DNA of 64,000 nucleotides from contig NW_002060944.1 in assembly GCF_000150275.1 (NCBI RefSeq), positions 1,474,911 to 1,538,910 of the forward strand, read 5' to 3'. The position numbers and the translations under genes were made by a program. Below are positions 1 through 11,900 of the stretch, piece after piece. This stretch comes from Trichoplax adhaerens (Eukaryota > Animalia > Placozoa). Below the pieces are notes generated by a model that worked only from the letters and a program-made list of their open reading frames with translations, was not told the DNA's origin and searched no databases. The first letter of the stretch is position 1. Each line of letters starts with the position of its first letter.

Positions 1-165
1 AAATGATGGTATAGATTAAATTATCTTCATTTATGCGTATATCATACGTCTTAAAGTATTTAAAGCATCAGGTCTTCATAATTAAGCTAAATTATTTTTT
101 AAATTTGTATTTTGAACAAGATTTTAATACTGTAAAGTATGTACAGTCTGTAAGCCTGTAATTAC

Positions 166-3100
166 CATTAAGGCATTATTTCTATTTTTTCGGCTTGATA
201 CTTTTTGTCTAGATTCGAATTCTGGGCCTGGATCGATTAACGTAAAATCGTAAAAGATTTCTTTGATCTAGAATTATGATAGCAAATTTGATATTATGTC
301 TACACGTACGAAACGTATCATATCACACGATATGGAGCAAGTCGTACCTGAGAAGATTCAGAACAATTAGATATAATGGTCTCATTAGATAGATATTGGT
401 AACTTATACAAGAATCCATTGCAACCTAGAGGACACAGATATTCTGTAGCTTTATTTACTAATTCACTTGTTAAACCCTCTGAACCTGACGTTATCAAAT
501 GTATTAGCTTCCACATTTTCTTACTTTGGCAGCGTTTGGCAATTTTTCTACCATATGCTGCATGCATGTTAAGCCGTCCTTATGAACGCGTTTTAATAAT
601 TCTTTGCCCCTGGAATGAGGATCAAATTGTAATTTAATTTCAGGAGAGATTTTAGGAAGAAACAAAGCAAATTTATACAAGTTTAAACGTTTATAATGGC
701 TTATATAGTAAGATAATTCGATAGTCAGATACGATTAGAATCGAAAAAGGATAGTTCTAAATAATTGAAACTAGTGACGTAGTCTATTGATAATTCTATT
801 TCTACAGATTCATAGTAAAATATGTCTGTAGCACATAATCATCTTTCAAAAACTTCTTTATAGATCAATACTTTGTATTTTAACCTACTGATTATGGTTA
901 ATTAGCGTAATTGCCACACTCTCCTGGCAGTTTATTACAGCAACATCTAAACAACTGTAATTTTCTTCGTCAAGACTATCTATTTTGGCACCATGTCTTA
1001 GCAGCTCGATAACAATACCATTATATCCTTTGGCTGCAGCTACGTGCAATAGCGATTGCTTGGTTTATTGGAATAGACGTGAAAAAAATATAAGTTTATG
1101 AAACACCTAGAACACATAGTAATCTCAAATTTACATATTAAATTGTTCTCTGATATATAATTCGGATAGTTCAAGTTTATACACATATGCACTATATAGA
1201 GTGTAATACTTACAGCATTGGCATTTGGAGTGTTGATGGAAACACCATGTTTTAATAATACCTGTACAATTTTAATATAGCCAGCGTTAACTGCAATTTC
1301 TAGAGGCGTCATGTAACTGCAATCTCTAAATAGTACAAAAATCAATAAACCGCAGCTTGAATACTACGTTAGATTATATGCACGCGTACCGTACTTTAAT
1401 TTAACACTGTATGTGTATATTTGCTGTCAAGTACGGTATTTTGGCTTTAACGTATTGCTATTAAATTAATCTGCCTCTCCGGTGTACTCCAAATTATATT
1501 GCACTAATGGCTCAATCCGGGTTTTATACTCGTTCATTTGAACGGGTAATTTACGAAATTAACGCAAAAACTGAACTGTAAACTTTAATTTAGGTTATAT
1601 TTCCAACTTTATGATAACATTCCATGGCTCTAACTTATTATAAGAAAATAATGTAGATTATAGCAATAATAGATTTCAGTATAACTTTACCGTCTTTCGG
1701 CATCGGCTCCATTTTTCAAGCAAAATTGTACAGTTTGTTTATGGCCGCCGACTACAGCAACATGTAAAGGTGTACGAGATTTATCTCCCAAATGATTTAT
1801 TAGTGGCGGCGCCCGTCGACAAATAAATTGTATGATTGGTTGATTTTCAGTTCTGAATCAAAAAATATACGGGGTTAGAGCAGATAGATAATTTTAATAT
1901 CGAAGCTGCAAGACCAATGAATTTCTCACTTAGCACTCTTTCTATTTTAGGACTGAAATATTTCAATTAAAAGATTGTATGTGAAGATAAAAACAGTTAG
2001 TTATATCTATTACATCTTAACTGACAATAACATAAGGGTAAAATTCGTTTAAGTAAAAGTGTATACGAAAGGTAAATTATGTTTAACAAAAATCCAGTAG
2101 GTATTTAGAGTGAGATGTGAATTGAACATGATTATACTATTAAACAACACCGATAATTATTGATTACTTTAATTAACGAATTATCTAATTCTATGGCTAA
2201 GAAATTTAAAGCCTATTATGCTTTCACATCAGAATGCAATTAGTTTCCGTAATATTTCAGGGAAATTTATATCCATACAACTTTAAATTGTAGCAAAAAC
2301 TCACTTACTTGCACGCGAGATGGAGAGAAGTATTATCATCTTCATCGATGCTATCAATATTGCTGCCATTTTCAGCAAGCAAAGAAACAACCTTTTCGAA
2401 ATTAACATTAAATAAAACTGTACTAAGTATATTGTACCTTAATTCGAATAAGAAGAAGAATTAATCTCATATGTACAAACAGTATAAGTTATACATTATA
2501 ATGGCCATTTTCAGCTGCATAATGAAAAGCAGTTCTTCCATGAGTATCTGGTTCATTTATTAATGCTTGCGCTCCTCTCTAAGTAATCCAGTCATCATGC
2601 AATATTCATATATTGTGTAACATTTTATTAAATAATTTAGTAAATATCTGACCATCTATCTTACATTTAGTAAATCTTTTAGAATTTCTAAACGATCGAA
2701 ATTCGCGGCGATATGTAAGCAAGACTGGTTCTTATCGTCCATGATCATACAACTGGCTCCCTGGTCGAGCAGAAATTTTACTATCTCTGATTTGCCATTT
2801 TCTATTGCAAGAAGCAAGGCAGTTTTGTGTCTACCATCGACACTATCAATGTTTGCACCCTATTAACAGCATGGATAATATAATTTCATCCAATACACTC
2901 AAAATAGTCAAAGAAGTCACGCAAGCGTTCTTACATTTTTCAGTAATAATTGAATAATTTTTTTATGACCATAACACGAAGCAAGATGGAGTGGAGTTTT
3001 ATAGCGATAATCACGACATTCGATATCTACATTACTCGCAATTAACAGCTCAACAGCACTGCGTTGGCCAGAAATAACAGCAAGGTGGAGTGGAGTCTGT

Positions 3101-5759
3101 CCTTGTTTCTGTTCAATATAATATAGTGTGCCAGAATTTGGTAAATTGTTTCAATTACTGATTTTATTTTCTGTTACTTATTTCGATTTCTACTTTAAAC
3201 ATTAATTATTGAAAGAATTAGCACTAAAGCGTACGGTTAAAATATCTTTTTTATTAAAATTACCTGAACAGCGCTAATATCACTATTGAATTCTAAGCAT
3301 AACTTGATGGCCTGGAGGATAGTAAAAGAAAAAAAATCAAAAGTTAGCGTAAAACACGTAATTCTTAATTTTTTAACGGGTTAAATCTGTATTTACTACA
3401 ACCACTTACGCTTTTATAACCTCTTTGAGCGGCACGATGTAATGGAGTCTGCTTTTCGTTATCGCGGGCCTCAATTTGATCAAAAGTAGAAAAACTCGAA
3501 GATGAATGCTCTAATAGCATAGAAATAATTTCAGTCGAGCCTTTATCGGCAGCGTAATGTATTGGTAGGCTACCATCAACTGCTTTTAGGTTTATATCGG
3601 CACCATGTTCAAGCTAAATCGAGCAAATCAAAATGAATCCATTATAATCGCACTATATTGTTATATTCAGATTTTTTAAAATGACTAATTTTGTTCTACT
3701 TCAAAATAACCAAATATACAACACATCAAAAACGACCTGTTATATTCTTCCTATATATATTTTGTACTTTAAGTGAAAGTTTTGCACCCATTCAGAAAAA
3801 TGGCTTACATTGCATTAAAATATCTTTATACGTTATCTTACAAGTATTTACTTGTTAGAAATTGTGTACGGTAGTAGATTTAATTAAAATTACATTAATT
3901 ACGTTTATAAAATTTTATTTTACAGTTAAAATCAACTTGCCAAACAAGCGCAGACTTCTTTCTTAGCTTTAACGCAGGCTATGTGCAAAGCAGTCATTTT
4001 ATCATGATCAACACGGTTAACAAGTATTGGGCTTACTTCAAGCAGTGCCTAAAATAATTAAATGACAAATAAACATTACGCTTAACCCCGGAATATTTTT
4101 GTTGTTTACAAGTCACAATTTCAATTATGTTTCTGGCCTAGCTTTACGTTACTCCGTTCGCTATGCTTACTTTGCAGGCTTCAATATGCCCCAATCGACT
4201 TGCAACATGAAGTGGAGATTCGCCATTACAATTAGATAATGTTGTCGATCCATTCAGAGTAATTAAAACCTTCAATGCATCTACAGAGTTATGCTTCGCA
4301 GCTATTAGCAACGGTGTTACTCCATCTCCACCGATGCAATCAATATCTACAATTAAATTAAAAATATATAATGAAGTAATAATTGTAGTAGAACCAGAAA
4401 GAAACTGACTTATCAAGTGTAGAACTTGAAAGAACAGTGAGAAATAATATTACTGTTGAACCTGATAAAACTTAAGAGAAATTGATCAGTGAAAATCGAA
4501 AAATATTTGTTTGGCTGTATTTAAGGACATTACGGGAGCACTTTCTCCTAAAATGATCGTCTTCGAACTAAGAAAAAATTCTAATCACCGCGTATCTTAG
4601 ACGATTGGTGAGAAATTATACGTCGGCTTTGAAAGTAAATGACAATTTTATGCTAAAAGCGAATTGTTTCGTTATCAAAAAATCAATAAATCTTAAAAAA
4701 TCTTAGTGAATACATTAGTAATTCTTGAAATTTTATAATTAATGGATTTAAAGCGAGACCAATACATTCAAATTTTCTCAATAAATATTTATGTGAGATA
4801 AGTATTTCTACTGCTATTTTTTAATCTGAACTTCATAATTTAAGCATTCTACCATAGTCTATACATCATAATATAATTGATCTTTAGACTGAATTCAAGG
4901 ATTTGATATCTAGCAAGCTTGAAACTCAAGTTTTTATAGTTATATAATGTTATTTTTCCTTCGCTATTAATAACTAAATTGTATTCTTTGATAATATTTC
5001 TGTCAGTTTCTTAAATAGTTCAAGGAATATAGCGACAGAAAATGCTAATTTAAAGGTAAACTTATTGTTTTTAAACTTCTAGCCATGTTTCCTTCTTGAT
5101 TCTATGTGACATTATCAAGCAGGAGGTAACTACCTCTAATGTTGACAAACTTAAGTGAAAATGTTAAGAATACGTCTTTCGATTATTTCGCCACCGTACC
5201 TTGTACTATTTATTTTTATTCATGGTAACCGAATTAATAATTTATTATTTTCATGAAATTTCGTATACAACGGAAATAAAACAAAATATACCTGCTCCAT
5301 AGCGTAGTAAATACTTCACGACATCGATTCGATTATACTTGGCAGCATAATGAAGTGGCGAAAGTTTATGGCGATCCAAGCGATTACATTCGAATTTATC
5401 GTGCACTATATCACTGTCAGACAAATAATCTTCAAGAATATCGATATCCCCAGATTTAGCAGCCTAATTGAAGGCATTCTTATTAAATCAGAGCTTTTAT
5501 AAATAATTTAACAGGGAATCGATTTATATATTGCGATACAAGCTCTAGTTATGGCGATAAACATTAATTTAGTATGCTGTATTTCTATCAGACTCATTGC
5601 CCTTACCCAAAAAAGATCTCTGGTGCTGTTTTCATCTGGATTAAATTTAGCATCACTAATAATAGAGCCACGAATTTCTAACGGTATTTCCTTATTGTTT
5701 GGCAAGTTAGCGAAAGCCACCTTATTTTTACCCCAAAACCTTAAATTTGCTAAAGACAT
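166..5759 (-). CDS. TRPA1: TRPA1-like ankyrin-repeat TRP channel, paralog C (exons 1-16; transmembrane half lies left of the window)
   Basis: ATG at 5759 (MSLANLRFWGK...RDLFW|GT, exon 5607-5759). Exon 2 5292-5463 (AAKSGD...LSPLHYAAKYNR). About 17 ankyrin repeats, then linker exons 525-609 (GKELLKRVHKDGLTCMQHMVEKLPNAAK), 348-425 (VAMDSCISY) and 166-267 (IKEIFYDFTLIDPGP...NALM). The exons I translated are open and phase-compatible, with the same intron positions as paralogs A and B. Confidence 0.88.
3614..3940 (-). other. GC-AG intron (TRPA paralog C, intron 4)
   Basis: Exon 4 ends VCACL|GCAAGT at 108 nt, the same length as in paralog B, which has GTAAGT. The acceptor ttag|CTT GAA CAT GGT keeps phase 0. 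Confidence 0.85.
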
Positions 5760-7119
5760 AGTTGGTCCTTCCTGTATCGCAGCATACAAGTAACTTTCAG
5801 ATTATACTATAGGTTTATAAATTATACATTTCATGTAACCTAATAATGTAACATTTGTTTCTAAAAATAATACGTAACCCAATTAATTTAACCTTATGTA
5901 AAAAGGAGACCTTCCTAATAACTATATGAAGAACAGTTTAGGCTTCTGACGTAATCAAGATTTATTTGCTTTAGTATTGTTGTCGTAATTTTGATAATTG
6001 TCAGTCTATTGCTTAATTTCATTATTACTGTCGTAAACAACGGCCAGTTACCATATTACCTACTGATGCACTTTAAGTTAAATTAGGGGTGTAAATAGAT
6101 ATAGATTACAACCTCTATTATATTATAATTGATAACAACTTTATATTACAAAAATAGAAATGATCTATAACACAGCTAGAGTACGCATATTTTAGAATAA
6201 TCTTTAAATATTCTTTAAATACAAGGCGAAGCCATTATTACTAGCATTGGATTTCATTTCTGAATGAGATCACAAAACAACTTTTATATCTTATTATTTT
6301 ACCGATAGCGGTAAAATTCATAAATATTATCCATTAATCTAAATATTAATTTCCCAACAATAGTATCGATGCGCTATCACAAAGTCGACATTAACAATTT
6401 TTAGCCATAGACATGGAACTGCAATCATAATTTTAATTGCATACATAGCACATTACAGCGATAAATTCTCCTAAAAAGGTCATTATATATAATGGTTACT
6501 AAAGTTTACCTAGTCAAATCGACACCGTTTTTGCATTTGATGGAATCACTAGTATAGGTTCAGTGGCTGATTATCTTGCTACATTCATTAATGTAGCTAT
6601 GAGAATGAATGAGATTATATTGGACGATTCCTAAATTTTCATGCTTAGTGATTTAATGCAAATATGCCTGTGCCAACTGCCATAATTTCTTGTTGTTTTA
6701 TGTTATTTTCTAAAATTTTTACAATGGTAAGGCAGAATCTTTCAACTACACCTGTGATCATAATATTATTAGTAAAAATTATTAATCGCTAAATGCAAAA
6801 AGGCGGCCTGAGTTTTCATGTACATAACATGATATACACACTAGTGACAGGCTTTGTCGTTTACCGTGTAGATAATATATAATCGATCATTTTGCAAAAT
6901 GGCCGATTGTCCATACGGTACACGACATAAACATATATAAAGTTGGACAAATATCACATTTTTTATTATGTCTCTAGTCGAAATACAGTACTTAGAGATA
7001 TTGTAATGTTAACCAATTCGGCCAAAAAATCGATCAGTTAAATTTATCGTTTTATCAGTCATAAAAATTAGTTGAAAAAAAGCAACAAAGCAAAGTAATT
7101 CATAAATTAAACTCCATAC

Positions 7120-7554
7120 CTGCTCCATAATTGAGTACTTTCTTAACAGTGTTATCGCGATTATATTTAGCTACGTAATGAAGGGCGGATATTTCGTATT
7201 GATCGAGTACATCGCGATTGAAACCATTACTGCTCTTATAATGATTAAAATATCGATCAAGGATATCTTCATCGCCTGATTTAGTAGCCTATATGTTTAA
7301 TTATTGAAACATTAAGAATACTGTAAAAGTTTCAGAAGTTTTATTCATTTTGTGACTTATTCGAAGCGCTTCATGCAGGACATTACTTACGTCAATATTT
7401 ATTCAAAAAAGATCACGATTACTGCTTCATCTGCATTTCGTCTAGATAGCTCGTGTATTTCCGGCGGATTTTAAATTTGTATCAATTTACAATCTCGACC
7501 ATTGATCGTATGGACTCTGCTTCTGTTCCATGGCGGTAGGCTAGCTAGTGACAT
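7120..7554 (-). pseudogene. Disabled partial duplicate of TRPA exons 1-2
   Basis: Pseudo-exon 1 (7403-7554, MSLASLPPWNR..., 152 nt vs 153 nt in paralog C) has an in-frame TAA at 7471-7473, a 1-nt frameshift, RDLFW->RDLF* (TGA 7403-7405) and a donor changed GT->AT. Exon 2 (7120-7288) is intact with AG/GT ends (ATKSGDEDIL...ISALHYVAKYNRD...NYGA). I found no exon 3 homolog before paralog C. Confidence 0.85.
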
Positions 7555-8994
7555 AGTTGACGATTAATTAATAGAACTTATCAATTATGTAAAGTAATGG
7601 TAATGAATAAAAGCGCAAGATCTTGTTGTGATGTTGGTGATAGAGTTAAAATGGTTTACAAAAATAGTCTTGATATCGCAGCATAAAATGGATAATCTAT
7701 TTTGCTAACAACTGTTCATAATGATAATTTACATGTAATTATTTGATTAGACAAAATAAAGGAACATGTGATTGTGGTCATGACTTTGATACGTTGTACA
7801 CATCCTAGATATCATTTACTAAAGGCTTATCGATTGCTATCGATCACAGCTGATACACTATTCAAAAGAGTTCGTATAACATAAATCTATCAACACTATT
7901 TGCCATTACTAATAAGCATTTATTTCGAGCTAGTAACTCATGAAAGAACTAATGAATTATCCTTACCTGTATGGATATTAGTAATCATCCGTCCATTTAG
8001 TTATCATGTTACCACCTCATATTACACACACGTGATGTACGTATGTAGTATATTATGCGGAATAACTTGGGCATAATAACCGTAAATACTTTTCATAAGA
8101 TAGCTTAAGTAGTAACGTTCTGATAATAACTTTACTTGACGTCTTACATATTTTTCAATAGATAATGATGTATTTCTACAATACAATACTGTTTAACTAC
8201 TGTTAGTACGGGCACGATTACTGTTCGACGGCTTTAATTGTGAAGAAATAAGCAGCTACGATCTCATTAATTTCTGATAATACGAAGATAGTCAGTATTT
8301 TGAGTTGCACTGTAGGTAGATTTTAATCTGATTTAGATTTGATTTATGACCGAAATGCTTGTAAATATCGTATTAACCTATCCATCAATATGTATTGTAT
8401 GTGCAATTCATAGTCTGCAATTGTTTAGTTGCTTTTAGTCGAGCAGAGTAAAACAGTATGTTGTGGTATAATTTTTATTACAAAAAATGCTAGAAATTGA
8501 AATCACACACGAAGAATATTTAATCAAAGTTATTTCAGGATAAACTAGAGCTCTGTTTTATTGTAAAGATGACATTTCGAAAGTTTGGTTTAATAATACT
8601 TATAATGATCAGTCTAATCAGTGAGACCGAAACGTTTAAAATTTTATATTTATCAAAACTGTAACCCTAATGACATTATTTCAGAAAGATAAGATTACGG
8701 TCCGACTGATTTAAATGGCTAGACTTTAATTACTAATGCAAATTTTTTGTTTATTATTCTTCAATAGACCGTTCCTAGGTATATCAATTGATAGTTGTAA
8801 TAAATAGAAAAAGCACTGGCGCATCGAAAAACTTTGGAAATTTACTAACTGTAAGAATACATAGCAGACTTGATGTTAAAACACAATCTCATGATAATAG
8901 AAATAAATAAGGAAAAGTTCCAGAAACTTACTGAGAATGTAAAGTTAAATCAACTTTAGATTCATTCACCAAATTTATGGCTAAAATATCAGTT

Positions 8995-11900
8995 TCATTC
9001 AACTCTCGGAAGTGAATGCAGACTATTTGACTGTACCATTTTCTTAATTTCATCTTGCAAACTTTCAAATTGCTTTCCTACTGTTTCATGGAGGGCATTC
9101 ATACGATCCGATAGAATGCTTATATTCTTAGTAAGGCTATCAATTCTTAAATCAAAGTTTTTAGATGGTTATTAACGCATGGTTTTCAATTAACAACAAT
9201 ATTCTTAATAATCTTATATCTACAATGTCAACCAATCTTTATACCAAATTAAACTCAAAAACACTATTATTATGACTATTTGAATTAACCTCAAGTAAAC
9301 TTATGCAAAAGAATATATCACATTTTGTATCCCTAGCTTGGTAATCCGAGATTCTAAAAAATTTATTATATACTGGCTAATTTTAGCCTGAAAACTAACT
9401 ATACTAACGAATTCTAGGGCAATATACCGTTTTACTTAAACCTAATGTATACTACTTGAAAGAAGTGATAGATGTTAGCTGAAGTAACTTTTAGGTGTAG
9501 TACTATATGCAGTTTTAGATGAACAAATTATAGAATTCTTTATGAAAGACTTTAAATGTCATACTTAAAAATGTTTATGAAATTGTACTTGTTTAAGTAT
9601 GATAATTATATTACAGTAGTATTTATGATAGTAATTATGGTGGGTAGACTTGCAGTTTCAAATATAAAATGGAATGGATGGCACTACATATGATCATACG
9701 AATATTTAACGAATTTGTTCATGCATAATTTTTGGATAGAAAACCAGAAATTAAAAATTATTTTGTACTATTAAAGTCCCATTTGCAAATTTTACTTTTC
9801 AGAATATGCACATTTCAAAACATAATTAAGATCTTACAAATTGTACTTGAATGGAATTATCTAGTTGACGATACCTTTGTTCCTGATCTTTCAATTGATC
9901 AGAGACTACTGTTAATTTGTCTTTCTCTTTCTTAGGGTCTTCATGATCCTTAGTAGTGTCTAAAATTCCGCTATCTTTCCAACTGGAGTTGAATTCTTCA
10001 TCACTCATCTGAAATTTCAGCAAATGAGTAAGTAATTAATGATAAAATTTAAAGAAATTATAAATATCTTCTAAAATTGCATGGGTATACCAAAAAGTTT
10101 GGCGGACATAAGCTAACAAAGAATTCTTTTTAAGTTCGCCTTACATTTTCCAAATCTTTGGTGATATATTCAGTTTGAAATCCGATATAGAAGTAATGTT
10201 TAAACCTGAATGGAAAAGTTCTTTCTAAATTATCTAAGTATTCCAGGCGTGATGATAACATTCTCAAATCTGCTTCACGCCTAACTTTATCAATATCACC
10301 GACAGCTAGACCAACCTAATTAACGTACAATCCAAAAATTGAAACTATCAGATTATGGTGTTATTTCGATAGCAATAAATAGTAGGCAGTTTTGAAAAAA
10401 AATAATAGAGATTTTCTTCACGCGTAAGTTAGCTTATGTACCATTAAATTCATAACGATCACTGGCATAATAAAAATGAAGACTCCAATCATAAGCAATG
10501 AGACCACACTTTCTGGCATCACAATTTCTCCAGATTTAATATTATCAAACCATGTACCATCGTAATCCATTTCACCAATCATCATATTCAAAACTTTTAT
10601 AAATGCGAGTGGCAGGCTGTAAAATGTTGCCTATAAGAAGGAGTGAGAAAAATCTGCTATTAGTACTATTGTATTTTAAATTAAAGGTTCGAGTAAGCTT
10701 TTGACATGTCCTAGCAGAGATTACGATGTCTATTGCCATCTGTCTTTCATGAGAAATTTCACGTTAAAAAGTTAAGAATTCCACAAGAAAGACAAAATAT
10801 TTACGGTTTCCTTACTTGTCTAGGGTTTAATATGGTAAAACTGAGTGCAAAGCCCATAGATAAGATCACAACAATACCTAAAGTCTGGGATAGTATAATT
10901 AATAATATAATTTGCAATCGATGAAGCAATACTTTATTAATACGAATATGATTTAAATGGTTCCATTAATATAAACTGCAGAATACAATAGTAACTGTCA
11001 AATGTATAGAACACGTAACGAAAATGGATATTCTAGGCTGAGGTATAAACTAGGCTGTTTCCTCGATTATTATTGTAATAAGAATCTAGCTCTTCAATCA
11101 TGTGCTATTTATAGGGTTAATAAAGGATATGACAGGAATAGCTTACTTATAAGAACTAAGAATCACTGAAGTTGTCATAGTGCTAGCTTTACCAGTTAAT
11201 ATGTACGGTATAACTATCGTGAATCGTCTTCACGATTATTGCATGTTCGCTAATATTATTTAGTTAATTTTACGATTATTTTAATTTAATACTCATTTAT
11301 CCAATTACTGCACTGTTGTAGCTATAGAATTTTTTAGTGGTAAATCAGCACTGCTAATTAAAATATCAATATAAAATTATGCATTTGTATTTTCTAAATA
11401 ATGTGAAAAAAATTCATTTAATGTATATCTTACATTGACTACCGTCGCTAAGACAGATTGAAGCATGTGAACGTAAACGCCAATAAAATCTAGCCTGTGA
11501 ATTTAAAAATAATTATTAGTGAACCATCAAAGTATTGAAAATTATAGTTATCAATAAAAAGTTATAAGTTTTGTCACAAACATTTATAGTAAATAAGTGA
11601 CTTTGGCCTACTGTCCACTATAGGCTTATAGAAATAAAAATTCAATTATACCTTTCCATTGCTAATAGAAGATTGACATAAGCAAGAAAAATTATAACGC
11701 TGTAGAGGGTATAAGTGATGTCGGCAACCCTTATAAATCCAGTTGCCATGAGAGACAGGTATATTGCGAGATCGATATAGTTAGAAAATGATTTGAAGTA
11801 ATGCATTCCCTGCACGTTGAAATAAGTTCATTAAAAGTAATACAATGATTTAAATTCATTATTTGTTATAAATATACATTATTATATTTGTACAACAGAA

